Assembly: GCA_020635015.1 (NCBI GenBank)
Contig: JACKAP010000011.1
Location: 39,025 to 103,024, forward strand
DNA: 64,000 nt
Direction: 5' to 3'
Source of the DNA: Calditrichia bacterium
GTDB lineage: Bacteria; Calditrichota; Calditrichia; RBG-13-44-9; J075
The notes under the pieces were generated by a model, which was not told where the DNA came from, searched no databases, and saw only the letters and a program-made list of their open reading frames with translations. Both the position numbers and the translations under genes were made by a program. Shown here in pieces: positions 1-8,645 of the stretch; the stretch's first letter is position 1; every line of letters begins with the position of its first letter.

Positions 1-710
1 ATGCCGCGGATGACCAGATCGGCGGTGTCGGCACAAAAAGTCTCGTCTTCCACCTCGCCGGCGGTACCGCCATCGATGGTGTAGGCATATTTAGCACCAA
101 AGGCTTTCACGTCAAAATGTTTGACGCCAGCACCCACTTCTTCATCCACTGTAAAAGCGATCTTTATCTCCCCGTGGGGCACCTCCGGATGCGCCTGCCA
201 ATACGCCACCGCGCTCATGATCTCCGCCACGCCGGCCTTGTTGTCCGCTCCCAGCAGGGTGGTGCCGTCGCTGGTGATGATGTCATGGCCGATGCAGTCG
301 CGCAGCTCGGGATTTTCCTCCGGATCGATCACCTGCTGCGTGTCGCCGGGCAGCACGATGTTTCCTCCGTCGTAGTTGCGGTGAATTACCGGCTTGACAC
401 CGGCACCGCTGACGTCCGGCGAGGTGTCGACATGGGCGATCAACCCGACCGCCGGCACCGCCACCGGGTGATCCGCGGGAAGGTTCGAAGGCAGGCTTGC
501 AAAGACATAGCCGTGCTCGGTCAGATGAGCGTTGTCGATTCCCAGCGCCTTCAACTCTTCCACCAGCAGGCGACTGAGGTCGAGCTGTTTGAGGGTGCTG
601 GGATAGGTGTCGGAGGGATCCTGCGACTGGGTGTCGATGCGCACATAGCGCTGGAAACGATCTACCAGATTCTCGCGGGAGATGGAGATCTTTTTCAGAG
701 TGTCGTTCAT
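1..710 (-). CDS. pepT: Peptidase T (tripeptide aminopeptidase, M20B), N-terminal ~236 codons; the gene continues past the left window edge
   Basis: Absent from the ORF track because it is open at the window edge. My own translation of the minus strand from ATG 710-708 gives MNDTLKKISISRENLVDRFQRYVRIDTQSQ...VGLIAHVDTSPD...TTLLGADNKAGVAEIM...KIAFTVDEEVGAGVKHFDV. This is colinear with E. coli PepT motifs (HVDTSPD, LGADDKAG, DEEVG). GGAG lies just upstream of the ATG. Confidence 0.85.
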   Translation of the reverse strand, partial: MNDTLKKISISRENLVDRFQRYVRIDTQSQDPSDTYPSTLKQLDLSRLLVEELKALGIDNAHLTEHGYVFASLPSNLPADHPVAVPAVGLIAHVDTSPDVSGAGVKPVIHRNYDGGNIVLPGDTQQVIDPEENPELRDCIGHDIITSDGTTLLGADNKAGVAEIMSAVAYWQAHPEVPHGEIKIAFTVDEEVGAGVKHFDVKAFGAKYAYTIDGGTAGEVEDETFCADTADLVIRG

Positions 711-760
711 CCAAAGCTCCTTTCGGATCTAAGACTTAAGGTTGTATGATGACGATTGAT

Positions 761-836
761 GCCCACGAAACACTCGAAAGGATACGAAACGTAACGATTG
801 ATCATTTTTTAGTGCGCTTTCGTGTATTTCGTGGGC
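761..836. repeat. Short inverted-repeat element with arms built from ~9-nt units (CACGAAACA / CTCGAAAGG / ATACGAAAC)
   Basis: The left arm gcccacgaaacactcgaaaggatacgaaacg (761-791) and the right arm gcgctttcgtgtatttcgtgggc (814-836) are reverse-complementary at the outer ~11 nt and partly further in. The element lies in the pepT/protease intergenic region. Confidence 0.8.
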
Positions 837-965
837 TACTTTTGAAGTCTTTATATCGAACTAAGGCAAAGATAAGATTTCTGAGGGTGAATTGCCAATT
901 GATTGTTTTTCGGGATAAGCCTGCGTATTTTGGCGCGTATATGAAAGGATCGTCAGATTTTTTTT

Positions 966-1038
966 ACATCCCCCCTGTCCCCCCTTCGAAGGGGGGAAGT
1001 GCAGAATCCCCCTTTCGAAGGGGGGACGGGGGGGATGT
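966..1038. repeat. Nested palindrome rich in C6/G6 runs
   Basis: acatcccccctgtccccccttcgaagggggg (966-996) and ccccctttcgaaggggggacgggggggatgt (1008-1038) are near-perfect reverse complements. The left arm contains the perfect 18-bp palindrome CCCCCCTTCGAAGGGGGG (979-996); the right arm has an imperfect copy. Both strands translate to IPPVPPSKGG in the ORF track, a symptom of the symmetry. Confidence 0.9.
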
Positions 1039-1054
1039 TCGCAATTATAAATAT

Positions 1055-3286
1055 TTGATATTGTTCATTTTTTTGATGACCTTCCCCTTGTACCTGCCCG
1101 CTCAGGGACTGCCGGACCGTGCCGCGCCCGCCCGGCTGTGTGCCACCCCGTTTACCGGGGGCGAAGGGCCGGTAAACGCTTGGAAAATCCTTCACCGTAA
1201 TCGCCCGGCCTTTTACCGGCAATTGCTTGCCGATGACGCTCTACTACAGCGGCAGAATTCTGCTCGCAGTGACGTCCGCACCTTCTGGGCGGTGAAGGTG
1301 GGCGACCTCAGTCAGCCAATCGAACCGGAAGATTTTTACCGCGTGGAAGCCACCCGGCGGGCGGAAGGGGAGGGGGTGGTGATCTGGGTGGAGGATGAGA
1401 GCTGGGCACAGGAATACGTCACCCAGGTTGAGGTCGACCGGATCTTCGACGCCCTCACTCGGGAGACCGGCGCCGGCAGCCTCGATCCCGGAGAAGGTAT
1501 TATCGCGATCGAGCGTTCGGTCTTCGGCGAGACGCCCAATAAAGGGGACGACGGGCTGATCCATTTCCTGATCCTGGATATTCAGGACACCTATGATCCC
1601 GATAACAACGTGAGCACTTTCATCGCCGGCTATTTTTTTGCCAATGATCAGGGCGACGGCCCGCGCAGCAACCGCCTCGACCTGCTGTATATCGATGCCT
1701 ACCCGGGCATCTACCGCAAGGAAGGGGACCGCCGCACCGGCACCGTGCTGGCTACCACCGCTCATGAGTTGCAGCATCTGATCCACTACCGCCAGGATCG
1801 CGACGAGGCGACCTGGGTTAACGAAGGCCTTTCCGAACTGGCGGCCTCACTGTGCGGCTACGGCATCGGCCGCCCGCAGCGTTACCTGGAGGATACCGCT
1901 CCGGCGCTGGACGGTTGGGCAAACACCCTGGCCGACTACAGCCGGGCGGGCCTGTGGACGCTCTACCTGGAGGAGCAGTTCGGCACGGAATTCATCCGGG
2001 CGCTCACCGCTGATCCTGCCAACGGCATTGCCGGGATTGAAGCGGCGTTGGCCGTTAGTGGCTTCGGCGAGACATTTAGCAGTGTGTTTGCCGATTGGAA
2101 CATTGCCAACTATCTCAACAATAGCAGCATCAGCGGAGGCCGTTTCGGCTACCGCTCGCCGGATCTGCACGGGCTGCGCGCGAGGGTCCGGGAAGAAACC
2201 GATCGCTTTCCGGCGCGACTGAATGTCGATCTGGAGGAAAACAGCGCGGCCTACTACCGCCTCAGCGGGCGCGATTCCCTGGTACTGGATTTCCAGGGGT
2301 TCTATCACCGTGGTACGCTGATCCGACAAAGGGCTGATACAGCAGAAGTGCTGGATGCATCGGGCGATATGTTCCAACTGCACGGTATTGCTGAAGATGA
2401 CCGGCTCACTCTGGTGCTGAACAACACGTCCGGCGCATCGCAATATGATCTGTGCGCCTACGCCCCATTTGCCCTGCCGCTCCGCCGGGTGGCGTATGAT
2501 GACGGTGAATTCACATCAGGCATTACCGGCCGGGCGCAGGCGGCGCAGCGCTTTGCGGTGCCGGCAGAAGGGGCGGCGCTCACCCGGATCGAATTTTTTA
2601 GCCTGCAGCGCCGCCGGCGGGTGCGGGTGCAGGTGTTTGGAGAGGAGAACGGTCTTCCCGGCCCGGCACTGTACGTACCGCTCGACACCCTTTTTGCCGC
2701 CCGCCGCAGTTGGGTGGAATTGGACCTTCGCCAACCGTTGACCGGCCTTAGTGCCGGGCAGACGCTGTATGTGGCGGTGGAAGCGGACACCCTGGCTTAC
2801 GCCGGCAGCCCATCCGGCAGCGGCATCGCTTACTATCGCCCGGAAGGAGAAGATTGGCGCCCTCTGGAAAATGAAACCAACAGCGCCGGCGAACCGCTGC
2901 GCGGGGTATGGATGATCCGGGCGGTCTTTGCCGGCCCGGCGACCGCTGCTTCCGCTCCCGGCTGCGATCCCGACACCCCGCTGCGTTTTGTCCCGGAAGC
3001 CCTCTATCCCAACCCCTCTCGCGGCGAGCTGACCCTGGAACTGCCCGTCACCGCTGCCGGCGAGGTGCGCCTGACCCTCTACAATCTGCTTGGTCAGCCA
3101 GTTAGCGAATTTCGCCGGGAAGTGCCCGGCGCCGCCCGTCTGATCCGCATTACCTGGCCGAACATCCGCTCCAGCAACGGCCAAACCCTTCCCAGCGGCA
3201 TCTATTTCCTGCGCGCGAAATTCATCGACCGCGCCAGCGGTGCCACCCAAATGGCCGATCCGCAAAAACTGGTGTTGATCCGGTAG
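1055..3286 (+). CDS. Secreted HEXXH zinc metalloprotease (gluzincin-like) with a T9SS C-terminal sorting domain
   Basis: Part of ORF 746..3286. It has HEXXH in TAHELQHLIH followed by NEGLSE, a candidate third zinc ligand. The last ~80 aa look like a T9SS type-A sorting domain (LYPNPSRGELTLEL...SGIYFLRAKF...KLVLIR). Codons 746-1054 read through two palindromic repeat elements, so I moved the start to TTG 1055, which gives the signal-like MILFIFLMTFPLYLPAQG. ATG 1076 is an alternative start. Confidence 0.7.
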   Translation: MILFIFLMTFPLYLPAQGLPDRAAPARLCATPFTGGEGPVNAWKILHRNRPAFYRQLLADDALLQRQNSARSDVRTFWAVKVGDLSQPIEPEDFYRVEATRRAEGEGVVIWVEDESWAQEYVTQVEVDRIFDALTRETGAGSLDPGEGIIAIERSVFGETPNKGDDGLIHFLILDIQDTYDPDNNVSTFIAGYFFANDQGDGPRSNRLDLLYIDAYPGIYRKEGDRRTGTVLATTAHELQHLIHYRQDRDEATWVNEGLSELAASLCGYGIGRPQRYLEDTAPALDGWANTLADYSRAGLWTLYLEEQFGTEFIRALTADPANGIAGIEAALAVSGFGETFSSVFADWNIANYLNNSSISGGRFGYRSPDLHGLRARVREETDRFPARLNVDLEENSAAYYRLSGRDSLVLDFQGFYHRGTLIRQRADTAEVLDASGDMFQLHGIAEDDRLTLVLNNTSGASQYDLCAYAPFALPLRRVAYDDGEFTSGITGRAQAAQRFAVPAEGAALTRIEFFSLQRRRRVRVQVFGEENGLPGPALYVPLDTLFAARRSWVELDLRQPLTGLSAGQTLYVAVEADTLAYAGSPSGSGIAYYRPEGEDWRPLENETNSAGEPLRGVWMIRAVFAGPATAASAPGCDPDTPLRFVPEALYPNPSRGELTLELPVTAAGEVRLTLYNLLGQPVSEFRREVPGAARLIRITWPNIRSSNGQTLPSGIYFLRAKFIDRASGATQMADPQKLVLIR

Positions 3287-3295
3287 GAAAATTAT

Positions 3296-3419
3296 CTGCG
3301 CTTTGCGCGATGTTTGTTCGCTTCGCTCCGGTAGCGCGATGTTTTTCGCTCATCTTAATTTGCGTTTTGCGCCCGATGAAACATCGAACAAACATCGAGG
3401 CAGCGAACAAACATCGAGG
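3296..3419. repeat. GATGTTTG(Y)TCGC-family units in inverted arrangement (relative of the 23-bp array at 12575)
   Basis: Forward units are gcgcgatgtttgttcgcttcgctc (3305-3328) and gcgcgatgtttttcgctcatc (3334-3354). Reverse-orientation units lie in gaaacatcgaacaaacatcgaggcagcgaacaaacatcgagg (3378-3419). cgatgtttgttcg and cgaacaaacatcg are exact reverse complements. Confidence 0.85.
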
Positions 3420-3424
3420 TCTTT

Positions 3425-4039
3425 ATGCCTTTCCCCAAACCCTTTTACCGCTGGCGGCCCCATCCCTGGCACGGGCTGGATACCGGAAGCAATCCTCCGG
3501 AGATCGTGCACGCCTATATCGAGATCACCCCCTTCGATTCCATTAAATATGAAGTCGATAAAGCGACCGGCTATATCCGGGTCGACCGCCCTCAGCGCAG
3601 CTCTTCGCAGCCGCCGGCATTGTACGGCTTCATTCCCCGAACCTATTGCGGCCCCCGGGTGGGTGCGCTCTCACCCAAAGCCAAGCAAGGCGACGGCGAT
3701 CCCCTGGATATCTGCGTGGTCAGCGAACGTCCGATCAACCGGGTGGAGGTGATCCTTAACGCCCGGGTAGTGGGCTGCCTGCAGGTGCTCGACGGCGGTG
3801 AGGCCGATGATAAGATCGTGGCGGTGCTGGAAAATGACAACATCTGGGGGGCGGCGCGTGACATCTCCGACCTGCCCGACGTGCTGGTAGAGCGCCTGCG
3901 CCACTACTTCAGCACCTACAAGCTGGTGCCGGGGCAGCCTCACAATACCATTTCGGTAGAGGCCATCCTGGGCGCCGAGCATGCCCAGAAGGTGGTGAAG
4001 GCGTCGATGCTGGATTATGAGGATGAGTTTGGGGGGTGA
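3425..4039 (+). CDS. ppa: Inorganic pyrophosphatase, family I
   Basis: ORF of 204 aa with [30 protein letters not shown] and [12 protein letters not shown], the classic family I PPase acidic motifs. Confidence 0.93.
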   Translation: MPFPKPFYRWRPHPWHGLDTGSNPPEIVHAYIEITPFDSIKYEVDKATGYIRVDRPQRSSSQPPALYGFIPRTYCGPRVGALSPKAKQGDGDPLDICVVSERPINRVEVILNARVVGCLQVLDGGEADDKIVAVLENDNIWGAARDISDLPDVLVERLRHYFSTYKLVPGQPHNTISVEAILGAEHAQKVVKASMLDYEDEFGG

Positions 4040-4042
4040 TTT

Positions 4043-4091
4043 GAATGCGGAATGCGGATTTCGGAGTGCGGAGTGCGGAATGAAAATCTGC
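4043..4091. repeat. Tandem degenerate heptamers GA(A/G)TGCG x7
   Basis: gaatgcg gaatgcg gatttcg gagtgcg gagtgcg gaatgaa aatctgc fills the gap between the convergent ppa and GH1 stop codons. The reverse complement of the same heptamers recurs at 21075-21109. Confidence 0.85.
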
Positions 4092-4099
4092 GTGCCATT

Positions 4100-5404
4100 T
4101 TACCCCGAAAAATACCGCTGAAGCATCTCGTCCGTCACCCCGCCTTCCTTGCAGATCTCCCCGTAAAACTGCCCACTGGAGCGGATAGTGCGCTGCTGGG
4201 TAGCGAAATCGACCTCGATCAGACCGAAGCGGGCGCTGAGGCCTTCCGCCCACTCGAAGTTGTCCATCAGCGTCCAGTGGTAGTAACGCTGAATGTCGAT
4301 GCCCGTTTCGATCGCCCGGTTGACCTGGGCGAGGTGGTCGTAGATGTAGCGGGTACGGAAGGCGTCGCGGGCGTCGCAAGTGCCGTTCTCGGTGATGTAG
4401 ATCGGGATCCGGTAGCGCCGGTAATATTTTTTGCAGAGCCGGAAGAGTCCCTCGGGATAGATCTCCCAGCCCAGATCGTTGACTGCTGCCCCTTCCTTCA
4501 CACTCAGCGATCCGAAGAGGGTAAGCGGATTAAGCCGGGCGCTGACCATGTCCCGCGAGTAGTAGTTGATCCCGAAGAAATCCTGGTAACGCCCCCGCCC
4601 CAGCGGTGCGCCGATGCCGGCGGGAGGCAGCAGGATGCCCTCACCCATGCCGTGTATAAAGATCTCCTGAAAAAGCCTCTCGTGCAGGGCGGCACTGCGC
4701 TTTTCCCGCCAACGGCCACGCTTTGGCTCGAAGATGCGCAGGTGATAGGCTACCCCCACCTGGGTATCGCTTCTGCCCATCCGCTCCCGCACCGCGTGCA
4801 GGGTGCGGTAGGCGCGGATGTGGGCCAGAATCATGTTCCGGGCTCCCTTGAAATAGTCGATCATGCGATTCTGCTTTCCCGGGGGCCAGATCCCGGCGAT
4901 GTAGCCGAAGGTCAGGTAGACATTCGGCTCGTTGATGGTGATCCAGTCCGAGACCAGGTCGCCTAACTGTTCTGCGGTATAGGCGACATAGCGCTCAAAC
5001 CAGTCTCCGGCTTTGGGATTCAACCAAGCTCCCCGGTCTTCCAGCCAGAGCGGATTGGAAAAATGATGCAGGGTCACCAGCGGGCGGATACCGGTGGCCA
5101 GCAGGCGGGAAATCTCATCGCGGTAGTGGGCGATGGCGGCAGAATTAAACTTTCCTGCCTCCGGCTCGATACGGCTCCACTCCAGCCCCAGCCGGTAGGT
5201 GCGGCAGTTCAACGCCTGCATCAACGCCATATCCTCCTCCATCCGGTTCCAGTGATCGCAGGCGGTGATGCAATGACTGCCATCCTGGATATGCCCCTGT
5301 TCCGCCCAGCGGAACCAGCTGTTATTGCGGTCACCGCCTTCGATCTGCAAGGCCGCAGTGGCGGTGCCGAGGAGGAAGTTCTTGGGTAGCTTGAATGATT
5401 TCAT
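4100..5404 (-). CDS. GH1 beta-glucosidase
   Basis: Part of ORF 4100..5434. It shows FLLGTATAALQIEGG, TLHHFSNPLWL, ITINEPNVY (acid/base NEP) and YITENG (nucleophile). I set the start at ATG 5404 (MKSFKLPKNF) because AAGAGG sits 6 nt upstream. Confidence 0.9.
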   Translation of the reverse strand: MKSFKLPKNFLLGTATAALQIEGGDRNNSWFRWAEQGHIQDGSHCITACDHWNRMEEDMALMQALNCRTYRLGLEWSRIEPEAGKFNSAAIAHYRDEISRLLATGIRPLVTLHHFSNPLWLEDRGAWLNPKAGDWFERYVAYTAEQLGDLVSDWITINEPNVYLTFGYIAGIWPPGKQNRMIDYFKGARNMILAHIRAYRTLHAVRERMGRSDTQVGVAYHLRIFEPKRGRWREKRSAALHERLFQEIFIHGMGEGILLPPAGIGAPLGRGRYQDFFGINYYSRDMVSARLNPLTLFGSLSVKEGAAVNDLGWEIYPEGLFRLCKKYYRRYRIPIYITENGTCDARDAFRTRYIYDHLAQVNRAIETGIDIQRYYHWTLMDNFEWAEGLSARFGLIEVDFATQQRTIRSSGQFYGEICKEGGVTDEMLQRYFSG

Positions 5405-5414
5405 AAGGCCTCTT

Positions 5415-5638
5415 AATAGAACACGGATGACCATTAGAATAAAAAAGGTGTCTATTCAATCTTGCGGATTCTCGCGGATTACTGATTCAGTTAAAAGACA
5501 AAAACAAAGACAAATGAAAGTTTCATGGTCATTTCATTCGTTTTACTACCTGTGTAATAAATCTTCGATAAGACCACGCGAAGCACATCAAAATAAATCA
5601 GCGGGAATCCGCGTCATCCGCGTCATCCGCGTTCTATT
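5415..5638. repeat. MITE-like element with AATAGAAC(A/G)CGGATGAC terminal inverted repeats (ACGCGGATG 9-mer family), copy 1
   Basis: The left end is aatagaacacggatgacc. The right end gaatccgcgtcatccgcgtcatccgcgttctatt is its reverse complement. Interior blocks gttaaaagacaaa and gataagaccacgcgaagca are shared with the copy at 31939-32123. Confidence 0.75.
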
Positions 5639-7442
5639 CCCTCTCCGCTTGCATTTCATTTCTAAAAAAGACTTCTGTCTCCTCTAATACCTGCTTCTCA
5701 TTATAGCGCAGGAAGTAGAGCCCGGCGAGGAGGCAGAGCAGGGCGCCGCACAGGCCGCTGAGGCGGACGCCCAGATCATGTCCCGGGTCTTTGCCCAGGG
5801 TGGTGAGGGCGGCGAAGAGCAGCACCCCGAAGGTCTGGCCGAACTTCTGCATCAGGGTGCGGGCGGCGAAGAACATTCCCTCCTGCTTGATCCCGCTGGC
5901 CAGGGCGTCGTGCTCGGCGATGTCGGCCAGGATGGCATTGGGGAGAATGCCCAGGAACGAGAGCGGCAGGGCAAAGCAGATCACGATCAGGTAGGCTTGC
6001 AACTGCGAGTCTAACGGCAAGCGGCCCAGGAAGTAGATCATCAGAAAAATACCGCTCATAAATAGGAACGATACCACCACCAGCACTTTTTTGCCGGTTT
6101 TTTTCGCCAGCACATTCACCAGGGGATAAAACAGGAAGGAGGCGATCACCAGCAACGGCAGCAGCACCCCCATCAGGGCCGCCTCCAGACGTAACAGCAC
6201 GGTGATGTAATAAAGCAGGCCGGTCATGATGATGGTCAGCCCCATGAAGTAGGTAAAATCAGCCGCTACGTAATAGATGAAGTGGCGGTTATGGAAGGTG
6301 CGGCGCAGTGCCTCCCGCAGCGGGATTTCTGCCCGGCCGCTCTGGCAGTAAGTCTTCTCGTCGATAAACCATACCGGAAAGAACATGAACAGGGCCGCAA
6401 CCAGGGCGATTAGACCGATGGTCAGTTGCAGGGCGGGCACCTTGCCGCCCAGCACCAGGCTTCTCTGCAGTACCTCAGCCAGCAGTGGCACCTGAGAGGC
6501 GAGGATGATCCCCAGGGCGTAGGTGATGGAGATCCAGGTGGAGAGGTTAAGCCGCTCCTCTGCAGTATGCCCCAGCTCCGGCAGCAGGGCGAAGTAGGGC
6601 GTGACGTAGATGGTCAGGAAGAGGTAGAACAGTAATTGCATCAGCACCAGCCAGTCGCCGATCGCCTGCTGGTACCCGTCGTCGATCTGGAAGAAGTCGA
6701 GCGGAATTTGCCGCTCTTGGAAAGCATGCAGATTCTCCAGAATGATCGTCTCGCTGATCCCGGTATAATAACGATACCAGCTGGTCCAGCCGCATGCCGC
6801 TGTTGCGCGCGGCCGGGGAATGCCCATCGAATCAAAATATTCAGTAGCAATAGTTTCCACGGCACCATAGCCGATAAAAAGATCGAACAGCCGATAGGAT
6901 TGGTCGATTTCCAGGCGGGCGCAGTCCTTGCGAATGGTCAGCGTTTTTTGCCGGGTGTCATGTTCGAAAATGGTAAACCCTTCTTTTTCCGACAGTGAAC
7001 CGAGCCATTCCGCCTGTGTGCCTCGCCGGATATAAGTGTAGGTATGACTGTGCAGCACCCCCGGTTTTGCCGGATAAGGATAGAAGTATTCATCGCCATA
7101 ATCGGCCAGGTGATAGCGCCGTGTCACCGGTTTGAACAGCGGGCGCAGACCGGGCAGGCGCTCATCAATGCGATATTCCCGGCTTTCGCTCCAGCTCTGG
7201 TAGCCGTTGATCATCAAGCGCTCATCCGGGTGATAATTTCTGGTTGCCGTGATGATGCAACTCTCCAGCTTCAACATGGCTTTGGGATGGATAAAAAGGG
7301 TGAGCCGCTCCCCGCCGGTAACCGCGGTTATGTCTGAGGTAAGGGTAAATTCTACGCAGGCTGCATTTGATTGTAGGGCAACTGCGAAACGATAGAGATC
7401 GCGATCGGTACGGATGGTGAGTTGCTGGAAAATTGAGCCCAT
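5634..7442 (-). CDS. Chimeric ORF: N-terminal ~260 aa of a GH36-type alpha-galactosidase fused in frame to the C-terminal ~340 aa of a GPH/MFS sugar:cation symporter (probable deletion product)
   Basis: The N-terminal part reads ...[15 protein letters not shown]...[18 protein letters not shown] and stops inside the GH36 catalytic barrel. It then switches to multi-TM transporter sequence ([28 protein letters not shown]...[18 protein letters not shown]...) that lacks the first helices of the transporter. The junction is near nt 6640-6655. Confidence 0.6.
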   Translation of the reverse strand: MGSIFQQLTIRTDRDLYRFAVALQSNAACVEFTLTSDITAVTGGERLTLFIHPKAMLKLESCIITATRNYHPDERLMINGYQSWSESREYRIDERLPGLRPLFKPVTRRYHLADYGDEYFYPYPAKPGVLHSHTYTYIRRGTQAEWLGSLSEKEGFTIFEHDTRQKTLTIRKDCARLEIDQSYRLFDLFIGYGAVETIATEYFDSMGIPRPRATAACGWTSWYRYYTGISETIILENLHAFQERQIPLDFFQIDDGYQQAIGDWLVLMQLLFYLFLTIYVTPYFALLPELGHTAEERLNLSTWISITYALGIILASQVPLLAEVLQRSLVLGGKVPALQLTIGLIALVAALFMFFPVWFIDEKTYCQSGRAEIPLREALRRTFHNRHFIYYVAADFTYFMGLTIIMTGLLYYITVLLRLEAALMGVLLPLLVIASFLFYPLVNVLAKKTGKKVLVVVSFLFMSGIFLMIYFLGRLPLDSQLQAYLIVICFALPLSFLGILPNAILADIAEHDALASGIKQEGMFFAARTLMQKFGQTFGVLLFAALTTLGKDPGHDLGVRLSGLCGALLCLLAGLYFLRYNEKQVLEETEVFFRNEMQAERE

Positions 7443-7534
7443 AAATTAAACCGTTCAGCAGAAATTCCTCGGAAAATTTGAATTTGTCCCTCCAATTGTG
7501 GTAAATTCTCCCGGGCTTAATGTATGAGGCAACC

Positions 7535-8461
7535 ATGACAAAGACAATCCTTTTCCAACGGGGAAAACTCGGAATGCTCCTGGCGATGTTGATACTGGCG
7601 ATATCCTTTCCAGGCGCGGGTCAGGAATCGGCTGCGACCGTAGTGACTCCCAATTCATCCGGCAGCGAGTTGCGAACGATGTCGTTCAATATTCGCTACG
7701 ATAATCCCGGCGACAGCGTTAACGCCTGGCCGTACCGCATTCGCCGGGTGGCGGGGATCTTTCGCCTGTTTGAGCCGGATGTGGTGGGTGTTCAGGAGGC
7801 ATTGAAGTCGCAAATCAACGGACTTCAGGCAGAGATCCCGGAATATGACTGGTATGGCGTCGGCCGTGATGACGGGGAGGATGGCGGGGAATTTTGTCCT
7901 GTTTTTTACCGCCGCGAACGCCTGGAATTGCTGGAGAAAGCCACCTTCTGGCTTTCTGAAACCCCCGACACCCCTGGTAGCCGGGGCTGGGATGCGGTCT
8001 GCAACCGGGTGGTGAGCTGGGGGAAATTTCGAGATAAAGCCACCGAAAACGAATTCTATTTTTTCAACACCCATTTCGACCATGCCGGCCCCAAGGCTCG
8101 GCTGGAGAGCGCAAAATTGCTCCGGAGGGAAATCGGCAAGATTGCCGGCCGCACCCCGGTGATCCTGACCGGGGATCTGAACTGCCGCGACACCAGCGTG
8201 GTTTACAGAACTTTGCTGGAAAATCCAGGTGAGGAGAGTATGCCCTTGCTGGACGCCATCGCCCGCACCCTCACCCCCCATCACGGCCCCACCGGCACCT
8301 TTCACGGATTTACCGGGGTGACCGAGCCGGGCGGGCGGATCGATTATATTTTTGTCACTCCGGCCTGGCAGGTGCGCCAGCATGCCATCCTGGCCGACCA
8401 CTGGGACGGCCGCTATCCCTCCGACCACCTGCCGGTGCTGGCCGTGTTACGCCTGGAGTGA
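7535..8461 (+). CDS. Endonuclease/exonuclease/phosphatase (EEP) family secreted protein
   Basis: Part of ORF 7520..8461. It has a signal-like MTKTILFQRGKLGMLLAMLILAISFPGAGQ, then MSFNIRYDN, VVGVQE, FNTHFDH, LTGDLN, GRIDYIF and PSDHLPV. I prefer ATG 7535 because GAGG lies 8 nt upstream. Confidence 0.85.
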   Translation: MTKTILFQRGKLGMLLAMLILAISFPGAGQESAATVVTPNSSGSELRTMSFNIRYDNPGDSVNAWPYRIRRVAGIFRLFEPDVVGVQEALKSQINGLQAEIPEYDWYGVGRDDGEDGGEFCPVFYRRERLELLEKATFWLSETPDTPGSRGWDAVCNRVVSWGKFRDKATENEFYFFNTHFDHAGPKARLESAKLLRREIGKIAGRTPVILTGDLNCRDTSVVYRTLLENPGEESMPLLDAIARTLTPHHGPTGTFHGFTGVTEPGGRIDYIFVTPAWQVRQHAILADHWDGRYPSDHLPVLAVLRLE

Positions 8462-8477
8462 TGGTCACGATTGTTTA

Positions 8478-8637
8478 TTGCACGCAGATTCCACAGATTC
8501 AGCAGATTTTCACAGATCATTCCGTGACATTATAGCATGTGAAGCATCAGTGATGGTCGTATAAACAATGAAATCAATAAACTGATTCTAAAGTCGTATC
8601 TGCGGAAATCTGTTGAATCTGTGAAATCTGCGTGCAA
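8478..8637. repeat. TIR hairpin element of the C(A/G)CAGATT 9-mer type
   Basis: The left arm is ttgcacgcagattccacagattcagcagattttcacagatc. The reverse complement of the right arm is ttgcacgcagatttcacagattcaacagatttccgcagatac. The element sits between the convergent EEP and helicase stop codons. Confidence 0.85.
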
Positions 8638-8645
8638 TTAAGCTT

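Noticed and set aside
966-1038. G-quadruplex potential of the G6/G6/G7 runs.
   Set aside because: There are only three G-runs on one strand, so a fourth would require splitting the G7. The perfect complementarity to C-runs makes duplex or hairpin formation far more likely. I kept it only as a palindrome.
746-1054. N-terminal extensions of tracked ORFs (746..1054, 19070..19246, 23471..23539, 41563..41595, 48284..48307, 53111..53275, 14838..14936, 17824..17865, 5405..5434).
   Set aside because: The extensions translate palindromic or tandem repeats, or they overlap the neighbouring gene. Internal starts give proper signal peptides and/or have Shine-Dalgarno-like sequences.
5415-5638. Calling the TIR elements bona fide transposons or IS derivatives.
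   Set aside because: No transposase or integrase gene occurs in the window. I could not find target-site duplications at any copy. I therefore report them as repeats with MITE-like structure only.
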